64,000 bases of DNA from Octopus sinensis (Eukaryota). The DNA lies in contig NC_043022.1 of assembly GCF_006345805.1 (NCBI RefSeq), positions 2,294,001 to 2,358,000 on the forward strand. The letters run 5' to 3'. The position numbers were made by a program, and so were the translations under genes. Position 1 is the stretch's first letter, and each line of letters opens with the position of its first letter. Shown piece by piece: positions 1-13,993 of the stretch. A model generated the notes under the pieces. That model was not told the origin of the DNA, ran no database searches, and saw only the letters and a program-made list of their open reading frames with translations.

Positions 1-1758
1 TTTAGAATTTAGATTTCAAATACAAACACAGGCATGGCTGTGTGATTAAGACACTTGCTTCTCAACCACATGGTTTACAGGTTCAATTCCACTACAAGGA
101 ACTTTGGACAAATGTCTTCCTCTATAACCATGGGCTGACCAGTGCCTTCTGGTGAATTTGATTAGTACAAATTGTATAGAAGCCTTTTGTGTGTGTGTGT
201 TTCCTCTCATATTTGAGCCCTATGTCCCCTACCATATAGCTACCCAGTTCCTTCCTCGGAGTTTGTAGTCTTGCAAGCTACATGGCAGCCTTAGTAGTGC
301 TGGTGACATGGAAAAAATCCCTCAGTACATACAATGAAGTGGTTGAAGTTAGGAAGGGCATCCAGCCACAGAGACCGTACCAGCATGTAACATGGACATT
401 AAAATGATGATGATGATGTGTGTGTTTTGTGTTTGCACCACCCCCATACTGTTTAACCACCAGTCTTGGTTTGTTTACATCCTTGTAACTTAGCATTTCA
501 GCAACAGAGGCCATTAGAATAAGTAGGAGGCTTTTTTTAAAAAAGAACAAGTGCTGGGGTTGATACATTTGACTTAAAAACTCTTCAAGGCGGTGCCCCA
601 GCATGGCCACAGTCCCATGACTGAAACAAGTAAAAGACAGCATGTCTGTGATGGAGCTGACCTCTATAATGGTTCAATCAAGACAAGACTGTGTGACGTA
701 ACAAACTACCGAACAGGCTATATACCTGAAACACCTATACATTGCCTTTTACTACACCTGTTAATCACCTGTACAATGGAAATAACATACTCAGAAGACT
801 TCTCAGTCAGGTAAGAAGTTCAGTTGACGATTGCACTACAGCAGCTCCCTGGCCTATTTGCTAAGCTGAAACTAGTTTGATGTATCATCACTAAATTATT
901 CTCTGTCTGCTCCTCCGAGTTCTGTTGTCAAGGTAGTTGGGTTAGAAGCAGCTTAATTACTTTGTTCTGCACTTGATTGTGCATAGCACCAATGAAGGAT
1001 TACAAATTCATTATTGTTTAGTGGAGGAGACCAACAGCATATTTGTTGTGCACTACCTGTTGTAACTGTTCTGCAGAGTATTTGAGATGTTGGTAGGTGG
1101 AAGCACTTGGAACTGGGCGTAGAGCCATCATCTAACATCCTTTTTTCCATCTTTGCATGGGTCAGGTGGAATTTGTTGAAGCCTTGAAGGATTTTAGTCA
1201 AACGAATTGGCCCTGTTGCTTTCTTTAAACCTGGTACTAATTCTGTCAGTGTCTTTCGCCAAACTACTAAGTTATGGGGATGTAAACAAACCAGCACCCA
1301 TTGTCAAAAAGTGGATGGGGGGACAAACACACACACACTACATACGACAGGTTTCTTTCAGTTTCCATTTACCACATCCACTCGACCTGAAACTACAGTA
1401 AAAGACATTTGCCCAGTGTGCCATACAGTAGGACTGAACCCAGAACCATGTGGTTGAGAAGCAAGCTTCTTACCACACAGCCACACCTATGCCTATATAT
1501 ATATATATATATCACTTCATACCTGCATTGATTTGGGTTCAATCCCACTGCAAGGCACCTTCTCCTCTCACCTTGGGTGGAACTGTATACACCCTGAGAG
1601 TAGGATCCTGTAGAATTTAAACCGTGTGGAAGCCCATCATATGTGTATCTATGTTTGATACAACACGGCTGGTTTTTTTACAAAACAAGCAGAACATCAA
1701 AAGTTGTAATGTAACCATTCATTAACTATAAAAGAAGCACTAAAGTTTATCTGATCTA

Positions 1759-2150
1759 TTAACCCTTTCGTTACTGTATTTATTTTGAGATGTTCTATGT
1801 TTCTTTCAATTACTTTAAATCATCATCATCATCGTTTAACGTCCGTTTTCCGCGCTAGCACGGTTCGACCGGGGTCTGGGAAGCCAGGGGCTGCTCCAGG
1901 CTCCAGTCTGATCTGGCAGAGTTTCTACGGCTGGATGCCCTTCCTAACGCCAACCACTCTGCGAGTGTAGTGGGTGCTTTTTACGTGCCAAGAATTTAGT
2001 AAAATAACTTAGTTACCATTCAGCTTGTATTAGGAACATAAATTGTGACTAAGGTTTGGTGGAAGATTTTAATTTAAAACTTATGGAAACAAGACATTTG
2101 TACTACAGAGCCAGGGGTGGTTTCAGCCGGGTTGGTAACGAAAGGGTTAA
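1759..2150. mobile_element. piggyBac-like MITE family A with a nested SINE fragment (~1820-1990)
   Basis: TTAA-CCCTTTCGTTAC...GTAACGAAAGGG-TTAA. Confidence 0.8.
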
Positions 2151-4062
2151 ACGCTTGGAAGCATGGCCACATTCCAATCACTGAAACTAATTTTAAAAAA
2201 AAATTTTTTTTTAATTCAATCTGATTTAAATATTTTCAAATTTATTTCAAAAAAATTTCCCCCTCTTTTGCTCTGAAATTCATCCATAACCTGTACATAG
2301 CACAAATCACATTTGCTCTGATGCCAGTTCATACATCACTGTTTGATGCTCATTGCCGCCCTCGCCCACCCTCTGTTTTGTGCAATAGTGAAACCTTAGA
2401 TTTAGCAGTACCAGAAGAAAGCCATTTAGATTATATTTCTCAGCTTCCACTTGCATTATTAGAGGAACATGAATTCAAGAGGTTGTTAACCTCATTTTTT
2501 ACATTTTCTTTTTTAGTTGCCATCAACAAAACATTTCTGTTCATATAGTTTTCCGCAGTCATTTTCAGGTATTAAATTCCTACATGTGTGCTTGTCTTGG
2601 CATTTAGAAGCCTTTTATATTTCTAACCATATTTCATTCAAAGCATTTATTTTGCCATTTTGCCATCGCATATTATGCATATGGCATAGCTGCGTGGTTG
2701 AGAAGCTCATTTTGCAACCACGTGGTTTCAGGTTCAATCCTGTTGCACAGCACCCCAGGCCAGTAAATGTCTTGTGAATGAATTTGGTAGATGAAAACTG
2801 TGTGGAATCTACACGCATATACACATGCCCACATGTACACACACACACACACACACACACTGACACCCAAACACTGTGAAATGTTCGTATTGGAGCTTCC
2901 ATTGTGAATACCAAAGCAGTACAGCATATCGTTTTCAAATTTCTGGCAGAGTGAATTGCGTCATGGTACTGTTTTTCTCACAGACAGTGCCCAACCGACC
3001 CTACTATACTGTGAATTTGAAAAAAAACCCAAAAAAACAATGCACATGCACGAAATGAAAAGTAAAAAATGGCGGCAACTTACCCATCGCGCCCTGTATG
3101 ATGATGATGATGTGTGTGTTTTGTGTTTGCACCACCCCTATACTGCTTAACAACCAGTCTTGGTTTGTTTACATCCTTGTAACTTAGCATTTCTGCAACA
3201 GAGGCCTGCTGTACTCTTTCACCACAACTTTCTCTCACTCTTTCTTCCTGTTTCTGTTGTACCTGTATTTCAAGGGGCCAGCCTTGTCCGGAGTGCACGT
3301 AATATATGTATGTATGTATCTCTTCTTGCCTGGACATTGTGCAATAGTCCGTCATGAAGTTGGTGTTATTCGTTTGCAACCTTCCATAAAAACATGTCCG
3401 GACTTGGGAGTATTGTGGATATTACCTTGCTTGGAAATAGGTGAGAAACGGTGACAGGAAGGACTTTTGGCCATAGAAAATTTGCATAACCAAATTCTGT
3501 TCAACTCATACAAACATGGAAAAGTGGACATAAACTTGATGATGATGTGAGGACGTATGTATGCATGTATGTATATATGTATATTTCCCAGGTCAAAACA
3601 TTACACGTTGAAACAGTAAACAAGTCTTGCTTTGTACAATGGACTCACCTGTTCTACTAATACTTATAAATGGTCAAATTTGCAGAGCTCTTTGACCCAT
3701 ATTAATTAAAATGACAATGCACAGGTGCAAAACCTGTTTAAAATGGAGCAAAATTCTTCTTTCCTAATGTTGACAAATTTAAATACTGTTTACTGACATC
3801 TGAAAACCTTCATTTATTTATGCAAATGTATTTATTTATTTATTTATTTTTTTCTTTTTTTTTTACGTTAATCAAAACTATGGTTGTCATCTCCTATGAC
3901 AAACCATCATTTTAACCCTTTTGTTACTATGTTTCTGTTTGTACATTCTCTTTGTTTCGAAAATAATGAAGAATTTAGTGAAAGAAATTTTAATCTAATA
4001 TTTTTATTTAAATCTCTTTCACCCTTTAGCATTTAAACTGGCCATATCTGGCCCAAATATTC

Positions 4063-4478
4063 TCTCTTTACTCTTTACTCTTTTACTTGTTTCAGTCATT
4101 TGACTGTGGCCATGCTGGAGCACTGCCTTTAGTTGAGCAAATCGACCCCGGGACTTATTCTTTGTAAGCCCAGTACTTATTCCATCTGTCTCTTTTGCCG
4201 AACCGCTAAGTGACGGGGACGTAAACACACCAGCATCGGTTGTCAAGCAATGCTAGGGGGACAAACACAAACACACACACACACATATATATAATATATA
4301 TATATATATATACACGACAGGCTTCTTTCAGTTTCCGTCTACCAAATCCCCTCACAGGGCATTGGTCGGCCCGGGGTTATAGCAGAAGACACTTGCCCAA
4401 GATGCCACGCAGTGGGACTGAACCCGGAACCATGTGGTTGCTTAGCAAGCTACTTACCACACAGCCACTCCTACGCCT
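4063..4478 (-). mobile_element. Dominant CORE-type tRNA SINE with an internal TA/TG microsatellite
   Basis: Head GGCTGTGTGGTAAG..GGTTCAGTCCC, CORE-like CTTGGGCAAGTG, tail GGTGCTCCAGCATGGCC..TGACTGAAACAAGTAAAAGA. Confidence 0.85.
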
Positions 4479-4896
4479 GTTTTATTTTCAAACTGGCCAG
4501 ATCTAGCCCCTCGTTTTTGCCCTGCAATGTCATTGTAAAAACCTACGATCTTGTCATCAAAATCTTCACGCAAAACCATGAACCCAAAGCCATGTGGTTG
4601 GGAAGCAAGCTTCTTATCACACAGCCATGCTTGTGTCTATTCTTTATAAATAAATATTAACAATTTTTGGAATAATCAGTTACATACTAGTTACAGGCAT
4701 AGTTGTGTGGTTAAGGATTTCTCTTCTAATTCACAGGGTTTCATGTTCAGTCCTACTATACAGTACCTTGCTGTTGTTATTTCTGCTATAACCCTCAGCT
4801 GATTGCTGCCTTGTGAATGAATTTGATTGATAGAAACTACAGAAAGCTTATCAGTGTGTGTATAGTGCGCTTAGTGTTGTACTCACGATCCAGAAT

Positions 4897-5295
4897 GGAG
4901 GCGCAATGGCCCAGTGGTTAGGGCAGCGGACTCGCGGTCGTAGGATCGCGGTTTCGATTCCCAGACCGGGCGTTGTGAGTGTTTATTGAGCGAAAACACC
5001 TAAAAAGCTCCACGGCGCTCCGGCAGGGGGTGGTGGTGATCCCTCCTGTACTCTTTCACCACAACTTTTTCTCACTCTTACTTCCTGTTTCTGTTGTACC
5101 TGTATTTCAAAGGGCCGGCCTTGTCACTCTCTGTGTCACGCTGAATATCCCCGAGAACTACGTTAAGGGTACACGTGTCTGTGGAGTGCTCAGCCACTTA
5201 CACGTTAATTTCACGAGCAGGCTGTTCCGTTGATTCGGATCAACCGGAACCCTCGTCGTCGTAACCGACGGAGTGCTTCCATCCATCCATCCATT
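4897..5295 (+). mobile_element. Young tRNA-derived SINE with a (CCAT)n tail
   Basis: A box TGGCCCAGTGG, B box GTTTCGATTCC; nearly identical to 38884-39270. Confidence 0.85.
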
Positions 5296-5470
5296 CACGA
5301 TCCAGTGATCGTGATTTCAATTCCTAGACCAGGTGGTGCATTTTGTTCTTGAGCAAAGCACTTCATCTCGCGTTGCTCTGCATTCACTTTGACACCTTGC
5401 TTGTGGTACACTGTGCACTTGTTCAGACAACATCTCTTTGATGGAGAGTGTGCACTGATGTGCTGCACAA

Positions 5471-6871
5471 ACATTATTTTTCAATTTATCTCTAAGGATT
5501 TTCTGTAGAAACTAGAGCCATCGCTGAGAGTTACAATGTTTCATATATGAATCTATGTCAACAATGCAACCAAAGATAGAAAAATAGGTAATGAGTGTAT
5601 ATGGATATTTCAGGAGTTCTTGCTTATTCATCAGTACCACATCCCTACCAGTAATTAAGAAATTACATTATATCTGAACACTATGAACAAATCATTTGTG
5701 CAGAGCGTTCGGCAAAAAGCTGATCGCTCATGTGTCGACTTCGACGGGATATTCCGTCATGTATTTCAAAAGAGGATATTGGAAAAAAAAAAAAATGTTT
5801 GGTATTATTTATTCTCCATTACAAGTTCCATTTGTTATTAGGAATTACAAAGTTGTACATGTTGGAGGAGCATCTAAAACGTCCCCTATTTCAAATTCTT
5901 CAGATAGGTTCAAGTGATAATTTTGGAATACTGGAATATGCAGTTGTGATCCACGAGGACACGGCTTGGATTATAACCCTAACCACATATAACTCTAACC
6001 TTCCGTCATCTCACACAAGATCACCTCCTCCAGTGTCCCCTTCCCTCTCAAGAATTCCTTGTCTTGCAAATTACTTGGTGACCCTGTCAGTGCTGGTGCT
6101 ATGTATAAAGCATCCATTGCACATTGTGAAGTGGTTTGCGTTTGGAAGGTCATCCAGCTATAAAAACCATGCCAAACAGACACAGGAGCCTGGTATAGTC
6201 TACTGCTTGGTTGGCTTCTGCCAGACTGTCCTGATACGGTTGGTTTAACCCTTTAGTGTTCAGATTATTCAATCAAACATAATGCCTATTGATTCCCATT
6301 GATTTGAATTAATCATGCATTATTTCATATCTTCAAGATCTTGATGATGTAATTACTTAATGTAGAATAACATTGTAGGGTAGGTGCGAGAGCCTGGATC
6401 TGGTCAGTTTGAACATAAAACAGATTAACTATTTTGGCCAGATATGGCCGGTTTAAATACTAAAGGGTTAAAGGCCTCTAGAACAAAAAATAATAACTCT
6501 ACTTAAAAAAGCTTGTAACGGTTAGCAACAAAAAGGACATCCAGCTGTAAAACTCTATTCCATATAACTTCTCATCCAGATCCATGCTAGCATGAAGGAA
6601 TGGATGTTAGACAGAAAACAATTACTAACTTCAGGTAATTTGCGTCATTTCCATGTTTGCTTGTTCAGATATAATGTAATTTCTTAATTACTGGCAGGGA
6701 TGTGGTACTGATGAATCAGCAAGAACTCCTGAAATATCCATATACACTCATTACCTATTTTTCTATCTTTGGTTGCATTGTTGACATAGATTCATGTATG
6801 AAACATTGTAACTCTCAGTGATGGCTCTAGTTTCTACAGAAAATCCTTAGAGATAAATTGAAAAATAATGT
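5471..6871. repeat. Long inverted repeat, arms 5471-5680 and 6662-6871
   Basis: 210-bp arms, 4 substitutions, no indels, 981-bp spacer. Confidence 0.95.
6245..6471. mobile_element. piggyBac-like MITE family B
   Basis: TTAA-CCCTTTAGT...ACTAAAGGG-TTAA; relatives at ~10740-10903, ~26660-27468 and ~31090-31760. Confidence 0.8.
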
Positions 6872-8609
6872 AATTTGTTTTGTGTTTTACATCAGATGCA
6901 TCTAAATGAACTTCTTAATGTGTGCATCACACCACTTTCCAATGAGAATTATATCAATTATTTTGTGTGTGTGTGTGTGTTTTTTTTTTCTTCTTTTAAG
7001 TACAGCGCACTGAGAATGGTTTTATCAGATAAAATATTTCGAGATTGCTATTTCTGGCTATCTCCTGGCAAATTTTGAACAACCAACTGAAATCGGAGCA
7101 TAAAGAAAGATTTGGCCAAATTATTTTACACCACCTGGTTCATTGCCCACACTACCACCACCACCACCACCACACCTCTGTTGCTCCAGGCTTTTGTAAA
7201 ATTCATTCATATTAAAAACAAATATATTTTGGAATAGAATGGAAAATATACTGCTAAAAATATTGGTCTTGTCCGAGTGTAAAGGTACATCGCTTTGTGG
7301 TTAGGGCTGTTTGAGGCATGATCATAAAGCCATGAGTGCGATTCCTGGCAGTGCACTGTATCCTTGAGCAAAACACTTTATTATTTCACATTGCTTCAAT
7401 CCACTCAGCTGGCAAATATGAGTTTTACCTGTAATTCAAAGGGGGCCACCCTTATCACATTCTGTGTCATGCTGAATCTCCCTGAGATCGTACGTTAAGG
7501 GCACGCGTGTCTGTGGAGTTCTCAGCCACTTGCACATTAATTTCACTAGCAACATGTTCCATTTATCGGATCAACTGGAACATTTTATCATTGTAAACGA
7601 TCAAGTGTCAGTTGTGTGTGTGTCTTCTTCCATTGTATAATAGCAGTTGAACCACTTATTAATTCTCTAGTGATCTTTCTGCTTCTTGCTGTTTACAGCT
7701 ACAGCATGTGCACCTACCTTGGTTTTCAGGAATCTCACCTGTTCATAGACAAGGAATCAGTAAAATTCCTTTGTCTATCAACCTGTCAGACTAACAGACT
7801 ACTAGTTGTGATATGCCAACCATTTCTACTCAGCCTGCTGTAGTTATCTAACGAATAAGTACAATTAATATATGCTATTTTACTTTTATTATTATTATTA
7901 TTATTCATCATTACAGGGTGGCAGATTAACAGAATTGTTAAAACATTGGGCATGCCTGGCACTATCTGTTCCGGATGTTCTGAGTTCAAGTCACTCCAGT
8001 GTCAGCTATTTTTATCTTTCACTTGTATCAATCATTGGACTGTAACCCTGCTGGGGCACGACCTTGAAAGGGTTAGTTGAACAAATCAACGCCAGTCTTT
8101 ATTTTTGGTACTTATTTCTAGCGGTCTCTTTTGGTGAATATAAGCAAACCAACACTGCTTGTCAGTTGGTAGGTGGGGGTGGGGGGCAAACAAGCACAAA
8201 GACGCACATATACATACACATGCATATGCACACAGTGGGCTGGGATTCCGCACAGTTTCCATCTACCAAATTCACTGTTGGTTGTAAACAAGTACGATTG
8301 TCATACAAGTGAATTTGTTCAGTTCCGGTCTTCCAGCTTTGCTTGGAAACTGGTCATGGTGGGCAGCGGGAAGAGCATCCGGCTGTAGAGAATCTGAGAT
8401 ACCCTGTACAGTCCCAGGTAACAACAAATTTGCAATAGATTTGACTCTACTCTTGGCATTGAGCATGCCTCTCACATCAGAAAATGTTCAACTGTTATTA
8501 TTCTGAACTCACTTTCAAATAAGGGTTTCAAATTTTGGTGCAAGGCCAGCGAGTTTAGGGGTAGGGGACTAATCAATTACATCGACCTCCCCACCTCACC
8601 CAGTGCTTA

Positions 8610-8996
8610 CTCTTCTCTTCTCCCCATTTCAACCACTTGACTGCAGCCATGCTGGAGCACCACCTTTTAGTAACATAAATCGACCCCAGGACTCATTCTC
8701 CATAAGCCTAGTACTTATGCTATCGGTCTCTTTCACCAAACTGCTAAGTTACGGGGACATAAACACACTAACATCGGTTGTGAAGCGATAGCAGAGGGGA
8801 CAAACAGACATACAAATACATAAATACACACATGGCGGGCTTCTTTCAGTTTCCGTCTACCAAATCCACTCACAAGGCTTTGGTTGGCCTGAGACTATAA
8901 TAGAAGACACTTACCCAAGGTGCCATACAGTGAGACTGAACCTGCAACCATGTGGTTGGGAAGCAAGCTTCTTACCACACAGCCACTGCTATGCTT
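8610..8996 (-). mobile_element. Dominant CORE-type SINE copy
   Basis: Same head, body and tail as 4063-4478. Confidence 0.8.
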
Positions 8997-11706
8997 ATAA
9001 TAGTACTTATTTTGTCAATACCCAAAAGAATGAAAGGCAAAGCCAACCTCAGTGGAATTTGAACTCGGAACATAAAAACAGGCGAAATAACTCACTTTAA
9101 AATAGTCCTTTCTCCTAAGGGCACAAGGCCTGAAATTTGGTGGAGGGGGTAGTCGATTACATCAGCCCTCAGGACTCACCTGGTATTTATTTTATCAACC
9201 CCTAAAGGGTGAAAGGCAAAGTTGACCTTGGTGGAATTTGAACACCGAACATAACATGAAGGAAATGTTGCTAAGCATTTTGCCAGCTCACTTTAAAATA
9301 ATAACCACAATTTTTCATGCACACACTCTCTCTCGCTCTCTCTTCCTCTCCTTCCCTCTCTCCTCTCTTTCTCTTTCTGATTTTTGTTTCTCTTGAAGGA
9401 TTTCATTGGTCCTAATCATAAACCACATGTTTCTCTGTTCATTCATCATTCAAGTTGCACGACGACAAAGCTGATTTGTTTATCATCTTCATATAGATTG
9501 ACAGTTTTGATGGTCATTAATTAATAAGTGGATTAATTAGCACCATGACATGTTCATTACATATATTTATACATCCACCATCTTTCAAAACAAGTATCGT
9601 AAATTATAACCAGAAATGTTACAATTGTTGTTATAAAGCAAAATCGTGTATGGTTTAGACCAGGGTTTCCCAACTATTTTTTATCTATGGACCCCTTCGA
9701 TTGCTATTTTATTCTGATGGAACCCCCCATAACCATTTGATGTTTAGAATGAAGAAGGATCCCCTTCGGTCATGGGATTTCACCTAGAATGTTTCCCTCC
9801 AAGGCACAAATCCGGGTGAGGTTGTTTATAGAAGACCAACAGTCACCCATGCATGCCAGCTTCCCTTCTTCACGCCACTGATGTTATCCAAGGGAAAAAA
9901 AGCAAAGGGGCCGATACAGCTTGGCACCAGTGACATCGCTACTCATTTCTACAGCTGAATAAGCTGGAGTAACATGGAATAAAGTTTCTTGCTCAAGAAG
10001 ACAACACACAGCCCAGTCCAGGAATTGAACTCACTACCTCATGATTGTGGGCCCAATGCTCTAACCACTGAGCCATGTGCCTTCGATGTTTTAAAAACTA
10101 GTTTTACAGATACTTCTTTGAAAATTCCTATTTTGTTCATCGCATATATTCACTTGTGTAGGTTGAACTATGTAAAGCGCCAGAGAAAGGAACCTGGCTG
10201 TTTCTTGCTGCAAATGTTTTTCCTAGCCCTTGCTTCCCAACCACATGGTTCTGGGTTCAATCCAACTCCATGGCACCTTAGGCAAGTGTCTTCTACTATA
10301 GCCTCAAGCTGATTAAAGACTTAGTTGCTTTGGTAAATGGAAACTGAAAGAAGCTCATTGTATATATATTTATGTATGTGTGTCGTTTTGTATGTGTTTG
10401 CCCCCCTGCAACCACTTGACAACTGATGTTGGTGTGTTTACATCCCCGTAACCTAGCAGTATGCCAAAAGAGACTGATAGAATAAGTACTAGGCTTACAA
10501 AGAATAATGGCATAGTTGTGTGGTAAAAAGCTTGCTTCCCAACCACAAGATTCCAAGTTCAGTCCCACTGCATGGCACCCTGGGCAAGTGTACTCTACTG
10601 TAGCCTCGGGCAACCAAAACCTCGTGAGTGGACTTGGTAGGCGGAAACTGAAAGAAGCCTGTCATCTATATATCTGAAGAGCTGCCCAGGCTCCATGTCT
10701 ATTTTGGCTGGTTTCTACAGCTGGATGCCCTTCCTAACACTTATTTATTCACATTGTCTTGAATTAATTGTGCATTGATGACAATGTTTATTTTTAGAAT
10801 GACATTGTAAGGTAGGTGTGAGGGACCAGATCTGGCTAGTTTGAACATAAAACGGGTACAATATTTGGGCTGGATATGGCCAGTTTAAATACTGAAGGGT
10901 TAATGAAGATAAATTTATTAAATATAATCCTAATTATGTGACATCAATTCTAATTGACAAATATTTCCCATTAGAATTAAAATCCATTTTATCTCTTGTC
11001 AGCTCTCAATCTAGAATAAAGATTCAATCTCAAGTGTTTTATCTTATTTTGTTGAAAAGCTAGTCTCTTCTATATTTCATAATACACCTATAGTATAGCC
11101 ACCATATGTGGAGGCATGTGGCTTTGTGGGCAGGGTGTTGGACTCGCGATTGTAAGATTGTGGTTTCAGTTCCTGGACCAGGCGATGCATTGTGTTCTTG
11201 AGCAAAACTCTTCATTTCACATTGCCCCAGTCCACTCAGCTGGCAAAAATGAGTCACAACTTCATTACCTTTCAACTTGTATGCCCTGTTTCTCAACCTA
11301 TTCAAATAATTGTGATCAGAGATGTAACAAGAAGTGATTTCCCTTAGATTTTTTCCTCTCTTCTAAAATTTGCGCATGCCCTTATCGCACAACCATGCCT
11401 TATCACTTTAACATCCGCTTCATGGGGCTTGCAAAGGGACAGAGTTAATTGAGGCAGATTTCTTGTGGTCAGACACCCTTCCTGTTACCAACTGTCACCG
11501 CTTTGCAAGCAGGATAATAATAATTCCACAATGCCAAGAAACTCAAACACTTATCCATATATACACACGATGAGAACTAAATTCACTTGAGGCTTTTAGG
11601 CAACCCAGCGCCCTAGTAAAAGAAACTTGCCTTAGGTAATGCACAGGGGGACTGAACCTGGACCCATGTGCTTGTGAAACAAACTTCTTAACCATATAGC
11701 CACACC

Positions 11707-11764
<58 letters not shown>

Positions 11765-11768
<4 letters not shown>

Positions 11769-12112
11769 AAATAGGACAAGAACGCAAAACATCCAGATAG
11801 ACGATACAAAAAACATGGATGGGTCATTTGAAGTCTTTAATCTTCAGTCAAGAACCGGATCATCCTTGCAATTTCGGCTGATTAATCTTGAGATTGCTCC
11901 AATCTGGCCAGCCCCAAGGAAAAACTAAGCTAAGAGCATTAGATTGCTTGGAAAAAGGGTCGAATGTATACGAAACAAGGACGGAAAAACGGACGATGTT
12001 ACACGAATATAAATACAAAAATAATACAAAAAAACAATAATATAATAATAATAATAACGACAGGCGTCTTTCGACTGGAGACAAATTGAATTCAGCTGGC
12101 GTATTGGGAATT
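11765..12112. mobile_element. (TA)n-adjacent interspersed repeat; further copies at ~13265-13343 (inverted) and ~56125-56259
   Basis: Shared ggacaagaac..aaaacat..agacgatacaaaa..aatcttcagtcaagaacc..gatcatc sequence, always abutting a TA run. Confidence 0.55.
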
Positions 12113-12516
12113 ATATAGATATATATTGAAGTGTTTGTCCTCTTTTGAGTTCATTGTAACTTTGTCTTTGTGGTTTGATAACGTATAGTTGTATGTAACA
12201 GGTTACAGTCCTTGGTTAGTTCACTTTTAGTAACAATAATTTGTACTTTATCAGTAATTAATTACCTATTAAGTGCTAGAGAGGAAAGGGGGAAAGATTA
12301 GTAGCTTATAACAGATATTATTAATAATGGATTATTTTTACTTAAGATTGTAAAAGTAGGCATAAACTTCACATTATCTTATCCACATGACTTCCAAGAG
12401 AGAAGCTTTTTTTTGTGTTTATGTTAATTTGTTAAAACTTAATGGAATATTTTCTTTTAATTCAATAAGTGTGTGCTCATGTTTTTGTCAAAAGAAACTG
12501 AGGAAATGAAATTAAA

Positions 12517-12749
12517 TTAACCCTTCTGGCCCGGTTGGTACGTATTTGTACTAGTCAAAAATTTCACAACCCAAATCTTGAAAATTCCTATTCTCTGTGA
12601 TGCGGTATAGTACCGCTCCGGTTTTTCTGGTATGTATGTAGTGCCAGATGTATGATCAGAGTGTATGACACTATAATAACAGCTCAAAAGGCTTGCATGC
12701 ATGCAAACCCTTTGCCATTACTGAAAAAATTCCGGGTTGTAAAGGTTAA
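12517..12749. mobile_element. piggyBac-like MITE, third family
   Basis: TTAA-CCCTTCTGGCCCGG...CCGGGTTGTAAAGG-TTAA. Confidence 0.55.
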
Positions 12750-13336
12750 AATGAAACTTAATTGCGAAAAAAAAAATTGGGGCTTTGTGCCTATAGCAGA
12801 ACTTTTGTTTGTCATGTTCTGAATTCAAATTCCACTGAGGTCGACTTTGCTTTTCATCCTTTTGGGGTTGATAAAATCAGTACCAAGTTGAATACTAGGG
12901 TCAATGTATTTGACTTACCCGCTAACAAGGACTTGCTGGCCTTGTGCCAAAATCTGAAAACATTATTATTGTGATTATTATTTACCTTTCATCTTAATCA
13001 AATAAGTAACATATTGGATCAGTTCACTTGCCTCATCTACAGTCACTACTGTACACCACTGCTGCCGAGACCAGTGAGAGGGAGAAAAATATCCTCAGAC
13101 TAGTTACCTAGACTAAATGTTTACCACAGTGTAAACCCCACTGAAGGGGACCCTATGTGCCAGATGGTGGCACAAAACCTGACAACCTGAATGTTTGCTA
13201 CAGTGGGATTTAAACTCTGAATGCAAAGACCACAAGACATCTAGTCTAAAATACCCTCCAACCTATCGTGGGTGTTTTGTTGTCCCTTTTTGTATCACCT
13301 AGTTGTCCGGATGTTTTGCGTTCTTGTTCCATTTTG

Positions 13337-13375
<39 letters not shown>

Positions 13376-13953
13376 CACATGCACACGACGGGCTTCTTTC
13401 AGTTTCCTTCTACCAAATCCACCCAGAAGGCTAGAAGACACTTGCCCAAGGTGCCACGCAGTAACCGAGTAAAACAGAAAACTTACCAACAATCAGTCAC
13501 AATAATTTTTGTTATAAAAAAAAATGTGATACCTATTTCTTTATTGCCCACAAGGGGCTAAACATAGAGGGGACAAACAAGGACAGACATAGGTATTAAG
13601 TCGATTACATCGACCCCAGTGCGTAACTGGTACTTAATTTATCGACCCCGAAAGGATGAAAGGCAAAGTCGACCTCGGCGGAAAAAATGTGATACCATTA
13701 ACTTGTGTTAGGTGATTTGCGTCCCAACTGCTTCTGAAAAGTATGTAAAAAGCATTGTGTGTGTGTGTGTGTGAGTGTGATGCAGACTGGCAGTGTGCTG
13801 TTGTGTCAGAATGATTCTAGAACTTGTTTAAGGTGAAGGACAGAAGATTCGGTTGTTTAATGTGTGTAACGAAAACATATGTCAAGGATATGTACGTATG
13901 TGTGTACGTATGTATGTTTCCTGTAAACTGCACACGTGAATGTGTGTGTGTAG

Positions 13954-13993
<40 letters not shown>

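Noticed and set aside
4240-4506. Recurring peptides such as RGYSRRHLPKVPRSGTEPGTMW and EAIVEDTCPRCHAVGLN in many ORFs
   Set aside because: Antisense translations of the dominant SINE, not a gene family.
4897-4975. tRNA-like sequence
   Set aside because: SINE head; no proper acceptor stem, and it continues into the SINE body.
8272-8475. Protein-like minus ORF RGMLNAKSRVKSIANLLLPG
   Set aside because: In-frame stop immediately after the nearest acceptor, and it runs into a SINE remnant.
9500-9566. TAGCACCAT (miR-29/285-like seed) in a weak hairpin
   Set aside because: The match stops after 9 nt and the stem is short and AT-only.
11860-11915. Possible hammerhead on the minus strand of the 11765 family
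   Set aside because: GAAA and a stem are present but there is no CUGANGA box.
12517-12702. Minus-strand ORF / possible exon
   Set aside because: Lies within a TTAA-bounded piggyBac-like MITE.
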